From Antedon mediterranea (lineage: Eukaryota > Animalia > Echinodermata), in the NCBI RefSeq assembly GCF_964355755.1, contig NC_092673.1, forward strand, positions 19,837,648-19,901,647: a DNA stretch of 64,000 nucleotides. The letters are read 5' to 3'. Both the position numbers and the translations under genes were made by a program. Positions 49,201 through 59,770 of the stretch are shown one piece after another (position 1 is the first letter of the stretch; each line of letters opens with the position of its first letter). The notes beneath the pieces are model-generated. The model was not told the DNA's origin, ran no database searches, and saw only the letters and a program-made list of their open reading frames with translations.

Positions 49201-52200
49201 CACTTTGATATTTGTTTCTATTTTCATTTTTTTCTATTGAATTATCTTTTTCTTCTCTTCTTCTTTTCATTCTCTGACGATTCTTTTCTTTTTGCTTTCT
49301 ATTTTCGTAAGATATTTTTCTTTTTCTTCTAAATGTTTTTACTTCATTTCCAGAACAAGGTCCCTCAGCAGTTTTACTCTTTTTGTGTTTTGGTTCTTTG
49401 TCTTCAAATGTGTGACATTCTTTTCTCATTTGCTTTCGTTTCTGTGTTGTATAATTCTTTTGGGATGTCACATCCATATCAACTTGTCTTGTTGTTTCTT
49501 GAAAATTATTTTGACTTACATTGACAGATTCCACCACATTAAAATGCACATTCATGGTGTACAAAATATATATACCATTGTCAGTTGTAACATCATCTAT
49601 TCTTCCCGGCTTTTTAGCAGAAAACAATTGCCACGTCAAAAGTTGATCATTAAATGAATAAATATCTGTATTAAGCAAGTTTGCCATTGCACTTATTTCA
49701 GCATTGGATGCCCACGTTCCATTATCCATTACTCTTTTTTTAAACACATATTCTTTAACTGATCTATATTCGTGACTAAATGTATTAATAAATAAGTCAT
49801 CAGTTTCCAATAAATGATTAGTAATTGCTCTTCTTAAAAGTAAATGATTATCTTCAGTCCCAGAAATAATGTATGAAATTGCACGATAAAAACAATTACC
49901 ATCACCTGTAATATTTGTAATTTGAAGAGGATGTCCAATCTGACTAGCTCTGTTAATACCACAATTCATATCGATATGTTCACAATGAATGCCTAATTTA
50001 TTACACATGTTTTTCTTTTGTTCTTCTAAGATCGGGACAAATTTAAAATTCTTGTCAGGTCTTTTTCCATACTGAACATTAACAATTTCAATATCACTAT
50101 CATTTTGCCATCCATTACTTGATGAGACATGACCTTCTTTATTATGTTTTTTGCCTTTAACTTTAGAATCAATATTCTTGTCTGGTAATCGTGTACTACA
50201 TTTATACTGATAAGACGTACTAGGTTCATCAACATCGACGTTTCCCAAGTTTCTTTGTTCACAATTATCATCGAGCACAGAAGCGGAACATAACATCATA
50301 GACTTATTTTCAATATTTACACCAGTCAGTTCAAACTCGGTTTCATGTAAATTACAGTTCATTGACCTTGCTAATCTTATACAATAATCGTACACACTTT
50401 GCCAAGATGGACTGTAAAGTAAAATACTCTTTCCATGTTCACTAACACAACCAAATCGATCTCTTGCATGTGGATCAAATATAAGAAATCCATTTACACG
50501 TTTGATAATAGAAAATGTGCTTCTGTTGAAATTCATAAAAAATGCATCATGTTGGTGTAATTCTTTTTCAAGAGCTTGGTTTAATGACAAGGCTCCATAT
50601 TCAGCCATAAATTCGAGATTCCCATCTATTATGCCAAAAACTGATTCTTTGGGAGATATTACAAATGTGTTATCCAAGATATCCAATTCTTTCGGCAGTT
50701 CAGAAATCATTAAAAGGTCCTCGTGCATAGTGGAATCTTTCTGAATGTAACGGTACAACTCGTTTCCAAGAGTCAATATTGTATCAAGGTCTTTGGTGTA
50801 AAATTCATTTCCATTCCTCTTTGTAGAATAAAGAATAGCTACAAGACTATTTGCAACACACTGTTTACCACTTGCAAAGCCAAATCTATAATTCCCTTGA
50901 TTAAAATTACCCTGTGCTACAGTTATATTTTCATTACTATTATATACTTGTAATTCATTTATTGATTGTGTTTTCTGCCTTTTTCGTGTATTTTTTTGTT
51001 TTGGTACATCATCGATTATCAATTCTTCCGAAAAATTATTTTTTTTTAAAACTTCAATATCCACATCGATAGTATGTTGGTCACATTTAGGTTTAGTATG
51101 GGACCTAATTTTTTCAGTCACTGCTTTTTTGCATCCGTCATCAATTATCAATACTTCATTTTCCTCAAATTCACAACTTGCATTTTTATGATCTGTACCA
51201 TTACTATCAATTATTCTACTTCTGTCATTCATTTTGCTATTATTTTGTGCTTTCGCATCGTCAGTCGCTGTGTTGTCGTTTTCTACAGTACATTCCATTT
51301 TAAAATCCTCGTCAGTTTTCGTTTCAGAATTGTCATTATTACCCATGTTCTTTATATCTTTGATAGTATCGCAATCATTCTTTAAATTCACATTACCTTG
51401 TGCTTTTTTGTTATCAATCTTCTTAGTTTTGACAAAACGACCCTTGTTATTTCGTAAACGTTTCGAACCACCACCTGATTGTTGTTGTATTCCGTGCGTT
51501 ACTTTTGTATTTTTCAAATCATCACACATAGGCCTACCACTGTCGTCAATTATTGTTTGTGAATTTCCCAATATATTCGTTTTACCATTTTCTTTGTTGT
51601 ATTCTCTGTAAGTAGTTGTATTCATATTCCATTCCATTTTGTTATTATTTTGTCTTTCATAGAAATCTTTTACACCTTTGCCAATATATTTTACACCTGG
51701 TTCTATACTTATACCATTTATAACGCGCTTTCTCCTTTTCTTATTTCCTCTATTTTTACATCTTTTTTTTCTGTTGTCGGTTCTTTTCTTTGATCTTACT
51801 CTGATCCAATCACTACCAAGTAAATCTTCACTTCCTGTTTGTTGACATTTTAATATTGCATTATTACAACGTTTTTCTTTATTTTTCGTTAATTCTGGAA
51901 AGTCTGAAGTGACAGATTCATCAGGTTCTAGAATCGTATATCTATTGAAATGACAGGGAATACCTATTTCGCCAAACATGTTATCAACAAAATTATTATT
52001 CCCACACATTGAACAAATCCAAATTACCCGGGAATTACATAGTTTGTCTTCAAAAACATCTCTTACACATTTCACATGAAAATATTGACTACAACAGTCA
52101 CATGTTATGCAATTGTCGTCTACTTTCACTTCAATATTACAGAAATCGCATGTATCATCAAACTCTGAAGTGACCTCTGTACCATAAGATAATATGTTTA

Positions 52201-52516
52201 TGATATCATCAATTATTCCTTTAAATTCTGTTGTATCTTTCATAAATTCACAATTGACATTACCTGTATCATCATTTCTGTCGTCTTTGACATTCTCAGT
52301 TGAACAGCATTCATCAAGTAGGTCCAAGATGTCATTAACAACTATTTTAAATTCTGCTGTCTTATCCATAAGTCCATTATTAACATTACCAGTTGTATTG
52401 ACAAAAATCTGCTTTTTACTTGTAACTTCTTTATTCACATTCTTACACAAAAAAATTATCATTATAAAGATAATCAACAAAAAGATACCAACTAATGTTA
52501 TGAATTCCATATCCAT
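43226..52516 (-). CDS. Helentron Rep/helicase/endonuclease polyprotein (3096 aa) with PHD, herpes-tegument-like protease and OTU domains
   Basis: Uninterrupted ORF. HUH EFQMRGSPHVHMLVW (~46775) and YVIGYMSK; PIF1 motifs GGAGTGKS (~45145), IIDEISMV, GDFYQLPPV, TVHKVQGMT, GQAYVGLSRV; EEP endonuclease HNIQGL, CLTETWL, IYRPP, MGDFN, LIDHVY; OTU GDGNCFYRA..HF; PHD C4-H-C3. Confidence 0.95.
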   Translation of the reverse strand: MDMEFITLVGIFLLIIFIMIIFLCKNVNKEVTSKKQIFVNTTGNVNNGLMDKTAEFKIVVNDILDLLDECCSTENVKDDRNDDTGNVNCEFMKDTTEFKGIIDDIINILSYGTEVTSEFDDTCDFCNIEVKVDDNCITCDCCSQYFHVKCVRDVFEDKLCNSRVIWICSMCGNNNFVDNMFGEIGIPCHFNRYTILEPDESVTSDFPELTKNKEKRCNNAILKCQQTGSEDLLGSDWIRVRSKKRTDNRKKRCKNRGNKKRRKRVINGISIEPGVKYIGKGVKDFYERQNNNKMEWNMNTTTYREYNKENGKTNILGNSQTIIDDSGRPMCDDLKNTKVTHGIQQQSGGGSKRLRNNKGRFVKTKKIDNKKAQGNVNLKNDCDTIKDIKNMGNNDNSETKTDEDFKMECTVENDNTATDDAKAQNNSKMNDRSRIIDSNGTDHKNASCEFEENEVLIIDDGCKKAVTEKIRSHTKPKCDQHTIDVDIEVLKKNNFSEELIIDDVPKQKNTRKRQKTQSINELQVYNSNENITVAQGNFNQGNYRFGFASGKQCVANSLVAILYSTKRNGNEFYTKDLDTILTLGNELYRYIQKDSTMHEDLLMISELPKELDILDNTFVISPKESVFGIIDGNLEFMAEYGALSLNQALEKELHQHDAFFMNFNRSTFSIIKRVNGFLIFDPHARDRFGCVSEHGKSILLYSPSWQSVYDYCIRLARSMNCNLHETEFELTGVNIENKSMMLCSASVLDDNCEQRNLGNVDVDEPSTSYQYKCSTRLPDKNIDSKVKGKKHNKEGHVSSSNGWQNDSDIEIVNVQYGKRPDKNFKFVPILEEQKKNMCNKLGIHCEHIDMNCGINRASQIGHPLQITNITGDGNCFYRAISYIISGTEDNHLLLRRAITNHLLETDDLFINTFSHEYRSVKEYVFKKRVMDNGTWASNAEISAMANLLNTDIYSFNDQLLTWQLFSAKKPGRIDDVTTDNGIYILYTMNVHFNVVESVNVSQNNFQETTRQVDMDVTSQKNYTTQKRKQMRKECHTFEDKEPKHKKSKTAEGPCSGNEVKTFRRKRKISYENRKQKEKNRQRMKRRREEKDNSIEKNENRNKYQSDPVYREEKKRKVKEAQQIRYADDDYKFQKRKENKERQQKMYRCEPEYNIKVRNKARHNYNIDLDYRTTKQVNNLLNYKCNEKFAQNLKEKLKNRYNNDIIFRHKTIQNNKQRNAEKYHNDSKFRQNLKQKLGAKYRNNSKFRKNVTQKLAEKYRSNLKFRQNCKQKLADKYRSNLKFRQNCKQKLADKYRRNLKFRQNCKQKLADKYRRNLNFRQNCKQKLADKYRSNLEFRQKCKQKLAEKYRGNLKFRQSIKERCKQRFAEKYHGDEEFRKNVMKKNMKNREKKKKENSNFEFVLENFRETVSRGPEYVCCVCFKMLFKDQVMKCTKAKYKNKACINEKYLHICNNECNKPCQFIESPRCRLWICFTCHRKLLKGKVPAEANSNNLQLHDIPPELRCLNNLEQHLIGLNIPFMKLMNLPKGGQHGIHGPVVCVPSNTIETVKMLPRPQVDDQLISVKLKRKLSYKGYYKYKFVNTANVIQALRFLQDHNKCYFDIAINEDWHNYLSEENSENANTKVHENQTCVENNEEEEEEVEDRLYGAIFDTSLQPVDRRQNLVDEYFNDIICCAPCENNSPIALLSNKSNEAKSFPVLFPTGQPTFHDTRDVKITLGRYFHNRLMHIDNRFAQNTEYIFYSQSLYELQQILSSISIALRKGSSKKDDFSKVTVSDLKNVTKIQEILKSDRGYKFLKQIRGTPPYWQATQKDIIAMVRQIGKPTFFLSFSSADFRWKEIMTTLLSQSGDQRNIEELEWADKCNLLKSNPVTVARMFDKRFHTFLKNVILSEAQPIGKVVDYFYRIEFQMRGSPHVHMLVWVENAPIFGTDKDKEVINFVDKYISCAVPCETVDPEMNEIVKSVQIHSKRHSKSCKKKGTNCRFNFPRQPSGNTFVMRPTIVDKDNDDNDDNKQAMELLTSVKDAVTNEETYKNAIELFQSLGITQSAFEKANNSVATEEKIVIKRNPQDVWVNQYNPSLLRAWNANMDIQYITNVYACIIYVIGYMSKSEREMGLLLSHAASEVKEGNEDARQSLRKLGNVYMNNREVSAQESIYRVCSLRLKECSRKVEFIPVGPNPVRMSLPLSVIKNKADDDVSAWLPSKIDKYKARPNSSEFNKMCLAKFCSEYRILSSSEMKGNKQKKNVFQLKKQLGFIQKRTRTSNAIVRYPRFPMDTAPEKYFLSVLQLFLPFRKDEQLKPPNFETYEQFHEKGCVKLCGCQLQTVKSIVHGNMEQYEKSSDEVEEAQECLSKFGPQEDAWSLLCPESEKERLDNPKPNVEVDDEEDEFFIPDFGIQKNHTSKVESNSSNIPRPELNKMIRSLNEKQQHIFYKTRQWCLDKVNGKKPEAFYTFITGGAGTGKSHLVNCIYNEATRILGKIMENPDDLSILKLAPTGIAAYNIKGQTIHSALSIPINISLPYQPLGEEKISALRNKLGQLQIVIIDEISMVNQRLLWYIHGRLRQIKQVRNDSPFGNISVIAVGDFYQLPPVMGSSLYKDTLESSLWIDNFKQVQLDQIMRQKEDKEFALLLNKLRTKEKHDCLSDNDLLVLKSRETGEECEDAIHIYPRNKQVDEWNKKMLHKTCTDIVCIKAEDSVVNSKKQSKNCDKPRNSRQTSLLNYLWIAINARVMLIKNVDVKKGLTNGCMGHVDEIVKPDHNTEPVSIKVKFDNNDIGIQAIEMFKESMGKKYSRKQFPLKLAYACTVHKVQGMTMDKAVVCLKDTFTHGQAYVGLSRVTSITGLTIENFKPSLIYCDPNIKKCLNNMDSYVQCDKQGHDSASRFSIMLHNIQGLKQHFVDLQCNDLFMNSNVICLTETWLNKDDDFFDVRIEPYKLYHQARYDSYSNTNDLSSKIKHQAHGGVAVYAKNTSSSRLNICNNDIEAVSFLITSPISVAVSVIYRPPSYDINQFCQNLRKHLEELHKMSTKCIVMGDFNENLFKQSSRVNNLMAENEYKQHVTCSTTENNTLIDHVYSKGLDSVQAEVIPIYYSYHEAIQIKF

Positions 52517-53055
52517 TATTCAAAATTTGTATAAGAAACAAATCTACAAATTTCTTCAAATTAATAAACTTTGTATTCTGCAATTCCAATGAATATTACA
52601 ATTAGGTTCTTTTTATCAATTCAAGAAATTCTTGCTAAAACAAAATAAATTATTAAAATTCCAAAAACAATTCAATTTTATATTGTCTTTTGTTTCTATG
52701 ATTTTTAATTTTTGTCCTAATTTTTTTTCTTTTAATATATTTTTTTTTTTGTCTGCTTTTTTTTCAATAGTTCAATTTCACTGAATTAAAAAATTAGCTT
52801 CTGCTTAATATTGGCTTGATGAAATACTTTATATTATTTTAAACTTCTCTTTAATACTTGGTTATGCTAAATAGTTTCAGATTCTAATTTTTATTCTTTT
52901 TACAATTCTACTTAATAACAGATTCAAATAAAAGTGATCTTTAAATCTTCTTTAATTAATTCTTTTGTAATAAACTCTGTTTAATATTTATTTCTTTATA
53001 ATAAGCTTCTGTTTTATTCTTCAAACTTTTGTTTGTATAATCAAACTTTAACTTT

Positions 53056-53322
53056 ACACTTTTGCTTTTGCAAAAATGGTTTTGTAATAAACTTTTGTTT
53101 ATTAGTTGTTTCCTTGTGATTAACTTCTGTTATCTTCAAGGTTTGACACTTTTGCTTTTGCAAAAATGGTTTTGTAATAAACTTTTGTTTATTAGTTGTT
53201 TCCTTGTGATTAACTTTTGTTATCTTCAAGGTTTTACACTTTTGCTTTTGCAAAAATGGTTTGTAATAAACTTTTGTTTATTAGTTTTTCCTTGTGATAA
53301 ACTTCTGTTTACTTCAAGGTTT
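53056..53322. repeat. 90-bp tandem repeat x3 upstream of the Helentron ORF
   Basis: ACACTTTTGCTTTTGCAAAAATGGTTT at 53056, 53146 and 53236. Confidence 0.9.
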
Positions 53323-53392
53323 TATTGAATGTTTCAAAGATACTTTTAAAAAATGTTTAAAAAGAAATTGTGCATAAATATTAAAATTCGGT

Positions 53393-53468
53393 AACCCCTC
53401 GTAGAAACTCTCTTTGGAGAGTGGATCTTTTTCTAAAGACCCGGATCTCTTCTGAGATCCAGTGGGTT
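53393..53468 (-). other. Candidate structured RNA element (three abutting tetraloop hairpins closed by an outer stem)
   Basis: GGAUCUC-AGAA-GAGAUCC, GGGUCUUU-AGAA-AAAGAUCC and ACUCUC-CAAA-GAGAGU, enclosed by AACCC/GGGUU. Confidence 0.6.
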
Positions 53469-54039
53469 TATATAAGACAGTCACCTACAATAAAAGAAAA
53501 AAAAAAGAGTTAGTTATTAATTTTAAGATACACTGTACAGTACTAAGAATTACAGTCAAACAATTATATTGAATCAGTAGATAAATCAGTGTTTTTACAA
53601 ATACCTAAATAATAATATACACATCCCCCCTGTGGAATGTAACATGATCTATTGGGCCTAGCAAAACAAATTAGGACCAACTCATTACTAAATTCAGGAT
53701 AGACCCATTTTATAAAATTGCAAATTTATGTCTGGAGAAACTGACCACCACATTTATGTTAAAAAGGATGATTGTCCCAAATTTTGAAGTAAATTGTGAT
53801 AATATATTTGTGACTTTGGTTTATACAATATAAATAAATCACTATAGAAGATATTTTGACCTAAAAATATGTCAAAACTTCATTACATGGAATGTGTCGG
53901 AAACAAATTCTTTCATAACAATTTCACCTTCAAAATTAATCTGAAAATAGGTTTAATTATTCAATGTTCTAATAAAATAGAATTTTATACACAAAAATAT
54001 TTGGTCACTCAGTATAGTAAATTTACAAACAACACATGT

Positions 54040-57000
54040 TTATCAATTATTGGAGGGCATAAAGTAAGGAAAATATGTTTTTTCCGTTTTACAGATAATT
54101 TTCTAATACTCACAGCTGTAACTGGCACTGTATATTTTCTGTACAACTACAATCTAAAAAATAAAAGGAAAATCATTAATAATGGCAATAAACAACATTA
54201 ACACTTTTTCAAAATCAACATGCTTCTTAATCAATGTCTGAAAAATTAAGAAATTTTCTCAAAATGAATTTGGGTATTAGACAGCTGGTTAGGGCCTACA
54301 TGTTGTCTCAATGCTAATTTCATTTAATATTTTATTCACAAACCATAAAATCTGATTTATGTAAATGTTTCATAATAGAACATGCCTACAAAATAACAGG
54401 CAACGGTTCACAAAGTAAAGAAAATATGTTTTATCCGTTTAACAGATAATCTACTAATACTCACAGCTGTAGCTGACACTGTATATGTTCTACAATCTAA
54501 AAAAAAAAAACAAGGAAAAACATTAATAATTGGCAATAAACAACATTAATACTTTTTCCAAATCAACATGCTTCTTAATCAATGTCTGAAAAATTAAGAA
54601 ATTCCTCAAAATGACTTTGGGTATGAGACAGCTGGTTAGGCCTACATGTTGTCTTAATGCTAATTTCATTTAATATTTTATTCACAAACCATAAAATCTG
54701 AATGATGTAAATGTTACATAATAGAAAATGCCTACAAAATAACAGGCAACGGTTCACAAAGTAAAGAAAATATGTTTTCTCCGTTTAACAGATAATCTAC
54801 TAATACTCACAGCTGTAGCTAACACTGTATTTTTTCTACAATCTAAAAAAACAAAACAAGGAAAAACATCAATAATTGGCAATAAACAACATTAACACTT
54901 TTTCCAAATCAACATGCTTCTTAATCGAGGTCTGAAAAATTAAGAAATTTCCTTAAAATGACTTTAGGTATGGGACGGCTGGTTAGGGCCTACATGTTGT
55001 CTCAATGCTAGTTTCATTTAATATTTTATTCACAAACCATAAAATCTGAATTATGTAAATGTTTCATAATAGAAAATGCCTACAAAATAACAGGCAACTG
55101 TTCACAAAGTAAGGAAAATATGTTTTCTCCGTTTAACAGATAATCTACTAATACTCACAGCTGTAGCTAACACTGTATATTTTCTACAATCTAAAAACAA
55201 CAAGGAAAAACATTGATAATGGCAAAAAACAACATTAACCCTTTTGTTAAATCAACATGCTTCTTAATCAATGTCTGAAAAATTAAGAAATTTCCTCAAA
55301 ATAACTTTGGGTATGGGCCGGCTGATTGGGGTCTACATGTTGTCTCAAAACTACTTTCATTTAATATCTTATTCACAAACCATAAAATCTGAATTATGTA
55401 AATGTTTCATAATATAAAATGCCTACAAAATAACAGGCAACAGTTCACAAAGTAAGGAAAATATGTTTTCTCTGTTTAACAGATAATCTACTAATACTCA
55501 CAGCTGTAGCTGACACTGTATATTTTCTACAATCTAAAAAAACAAAACAAGGAAAAACATCAATAATTGGCAATAAACAACATTAACACTTTTTCCAAAT
55601 CAACATGCTTCTTAATCAATGTCTGAAAAATTAAGAAATTCCTCAAAATGACTTTGGGTATGAGACAGCTGGTTAGGCCTACATGTTGTCTTAATGCTAA
55701 TTTCATTTAATATTTTATTCACAAACCATAAAATCTGAATGATGTAAATGTTACATAATAGAAAATGCCTACAAAATAACAGGCAACGGTTCACAAAGTA
55801 AAGAAAATATGTTTTCTCCGTTTAACAGATAATCTACTAATACTCACAGCTGTAGCTAACACTGTATATTTTCTACAATCTAAAAAAACAAAACAAGGAA
55901 AAACATCAATAATTGGCAATAAACAACATTAACACTTTTTCCAAATCAACATGCTTCTTAATCGAGGTCTGAAAAATTAAGAAATTTCCTTAAAATGACT
56001 TTAGGTATGGGACGGCTGGTTAGGGCCTACATGTTGTCTCAATGCTAGTTTCATTTAATATTTTATTCACAAACCATAAAATCTGAATTATGTAAATGTT
56101 TCATAATAGAAAATGCCTACAAAATAACAGGCAACTGTTCACAAAGTAAGGAAAATATGTTTTCTCCGTTTAACAGATAATCTACTAATACTCACAGCTG
56201 TAGCTAACACTGTATATTTTCTACAATCTAAAAACAACAAGGAAAAACATTGATAATGGCAAAAAACAACATTAACCCTTTTGTTAAATCAACATGCTTC
56301 TTAATCAATGTCTGAAAAATTAAGAAATTTCCTCAAAATAACTTTGGGTATGGGCCGGCTGATTGGGGTCTACATGTTGTCTCAAAACTACTTTCATTTA
56401 ATATCTTATTCACAAACCATAAAATCTGAATTATGTAAATGTTTCATAATATAAAATGCCTACAAAATAACAGGCAACAGTTCACAAAGTAAGGAAAATA
56501 TGTTTTCTCTGTTTAACAGATAATCTACTAATACTCACAGCTGTAGCTGACACTGTATATTTTCTACAATCTAAAAAAACAAAACAAGGAAAAACATCAA
56601 TAATTGGCAATAAACAACATTAACACTTTTTCCAAATCAACATGCTTCTTAATCAATGTCTGAAAAATTAAGAAATTCCTCAAAATGACTTTGGGTATGA
56701 GACAGCTGGTTAGGCCTACATGTTGTCTTAATGCTAATTTCATTTAATATCGTATTCACAAACCATAAAATCTGAATGATGTAAATGTTACATAATAGAA
56801 AATGCCTACAAAATAACAGGCAACGGTTCACAAAGTAAAGAAAATATGTTTTCTCCGTTTAACAGATAATCTACTAATACTCACAGCTGTAGCTAACACT
56901 GTATATTTTCTACAATCTAAAAAAACAAAACAAGGAAAAACATCAATAATTGGCAATAAACAACATTAACACTTTTTCCAAATCAACATGCTTCTTAATC

Positions 57001-59770
57001 GAGGTCTGAAAAATTAAGAAATTTCCTTAAAATGACTTTAGGTATGGGACGGCTGGTTAGGGCCTACATGTTTTCTCAATGCTAGTTTCATTTAATATTT
57101 TATTCACATACCATAAAATCTGAATTATGTAAATGTTTCATAATAGAAAATGCCTACAAAATAACAGGCAACTGTTCACAAAGTAAGGAAAATATGTTTT
57201 CTCCGTTTAACAGATAATCTACTAATACTCACAGCTGTAGCTAACACTGTATATTTTCTACAATCTAAAAACAACAAGGAAAAACATTGATAATGGCAAA
57301 AAACAACATTAACCCTTTTGTTAAATCAACATGCTTCTTAATCAATGTCTGAAAAATTAAGAAATTTCCTCAAAATAACTTTGGGTATGGGCCGGCTGAT
57401 TGGGGTCTACATGTTGTCTCAAAACTACTTTCATTTAATATCTTATTCACAAACCATAAAATCTGAATTATGTAAATGTTTCATAATATAAAATGCCTAC
57501 AAAATAACAGGCAACAGTTCACAAAGTAAGGAAAATATGTTTTCTCTGTTTAACAGATAATCTACTAATACTCACAGCTGTAGCTGACACTGTATATTTT
57601 CTACAATCTAAAAAAACAAAACAAGGAAAAACATCAATAATTGGCAATAAACAACATTAACACTTTTTCCAAATCAACATGCTTCTTAATCGAGGTCTGA
57701 AAAATTAAGAAATTTCCTTAAAATGACTTTAGGTATGGGACGGCTGGTTAGGGTCTACATGTTGTCTCAATGCTAATTTCATTTAATATCGTATTCACAA
57801 ACCATAAAATCTAAATTATTTAAATGTTTCATAATATAAAATGCCTACAAAATAACAGGCAACAATTCACAAAGTAAGGTAAATATGTTTTCTCCGTTTA
57901 ACAGATAATCTACTAATACTCACAGCTGTAGCTGAAACTGTTAATTTTCTACAATCTAAAAAAAACAAGGAAAAACATTAATAATGGCAATAAACAACAT
58001 TAATACTTTTTCCAAATCAACATGCTTCTTAATCAATGTCTAAAAAATTAGGAAATTTCCTCAAAATGACTTTGGGTATGGGCCGGCTGATTGCGGCCTA
58101 CATGTTGTCTCAATGGTAATTTCATTTAATTGTTTGATCACAAACAATAAAATCTGAATTACGTAAATGTTTCATAATAGAAAATGTCTACGAAATAACA
58201 GGCAACAGTTCACAAAGTAAGGAAAATATGTTTTCTCCGTTTAACAGATAATCTACTGATACTCACAGCTATAGCTGAAACTGTATATTTTCTACAATCT
58301 AAAAAAAACCAAGGAAAAACATTGATAATGGCAATAAACAACATTAACACTTTTTCCAAATCAACAAGCTTCTTAATCAATGTCTGAAAAATTAAGAAAT
58401 TTCCTCAAAATGACTTTGGGTATGGATCGGCTGATTGGGGCCTACATGTTGTCTCAATGCTAATTTCATTTAATATTTTATTCACAAACCATAAAATCTG
58501 AATGATGTAAATGTTTCATAATAGAAAATGCCTACAAAATAACAGGCAACAGTTCACAAAGTAAGGAAAATATGTTTTCTCTGTTTAGCAGATAATCTAC
58601 TAATACTCACAGCTGTAGCTGACACTGTATGTTTTCTACAATCTAAAAAAAAAACAAGGAAAAACATTAATAATTGGCAATAAACAACATTAACACTTTT
58701 TCCAAATCAACATGCTTCTTAATCGAGGTCTGAAAAATTTAGAAATTCCTCAAAATGACTTTGGGTATGAGACAGCTGGTTAGGGCCTACATGTTTTCTC
58801 AATGCTAATTTCATTTAATATTTTATTCACAAACCATAAAATCTGAATGCTGTAAATGTTTCATAATAGAAAATGCCTACAAAATAACAGGCAACTGTTC
58901 ACAAAGTAAGGAAAATATGTTTTCTCCATTTAACAGATAATCTACTAATACTCACAGCTGTAGCTAACACTGTATATTTTCTACAATCTAAAAACAACAA
59001 GGAAAACATTGATAATGGCAATAAACAACATTAACCCTTTTTCCAAATCAACATGCTTCTTAATTAATGTCTGAAAAATTAGGAAATTTCCTCAAAATGA
59101 CTTTGGGTATGGGCCGGCTGATTAGGGCAAGCAACAGTTCACAAAGTAAGGAAAATATGTTTTCTCCATTTAACAGATAATCTACTAATACTCACAGCTG
59201 TAGCTGAAACTGTTAAATTTCTACAATCTAAAAAAAACAAGGAAAAACATTGATAATGGCGATAAACAACATTAACACTTTTTCCAAATCAACAAGCTTC
59301 TTAATCAATGTCTGAAAAATTAAGAAATTTCCTCAAAATAACTTTGGGTATGGGCCGGCTGATTGGGGTCTACATGTTGTCTCAATACTACTTTCATTTA
59401 ATATCTTATTCACAAACCATAAAATCTGAATTATTTAAATGTTTCATAATATAAAATGCCTACAAAATAACAGGCAACAGTTCACAAAGCAAGGAAAATA
59501 TGTTTTCTCCGTTTAACAAATAATCTACTGATACTCACAGCTGTAGCTGAAACTGTATATTTTCTACAATCTAAAAAAAACAAGGAAAAACATTGATAAT
59601 GGTAATAAACAACATTAACACTTTTTCCAAATCAACAAGCTTCTTAATCAATGTCTGAAAAATTAAGAAATTTCCTCAAAATAACTTATTTTATTCACAA
59701 AGAATAAAATCTGAATTATGTAAATGTTTCATAATAGAAAATGCCTACAAAATAACAGGCAACAGTTCAC
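54040..59770 (-). repeat. ~345-bp tandem array (17 units), each with a putative 32-nt micro-exon
   Basis: ACTCACAGCT recurs 17 times from ~54108 to ~59533; the minus strand reads pyrimidine tract-AG / 32 nt / GTGAGT. Confidence 0.9.

Noticed and set aside
44710-52592. Plus-strand ORFs overlapping the Helentron ORF (likewise 207-1828, 21258-22360 and minus-strand ORFs over the LINE)
   Set aside because: Antisense shadows of real coding frames, with no independent motifs
53041-53328. Upstream protein-coding ORFs
   Set aside because: Products of a 90-bp tandem repeat, with non-ATG starts and no domain signature
53390-53490. Hairpin or hammerhead ribozyme
   Set aside because: Plus-strand AGAAAC, TATATAA and GACAGTC recall the hairpin ribozyme, but no complementary AGAA strand is present; there is no correctly placed CUGANGA core or NUH site for a hammerhead
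54575-56831. Repeated 60-aa ORF (MNRCLLFC...)
   Set aside because: Non-ATG start, present in only one monomer variant, no recognisable motif
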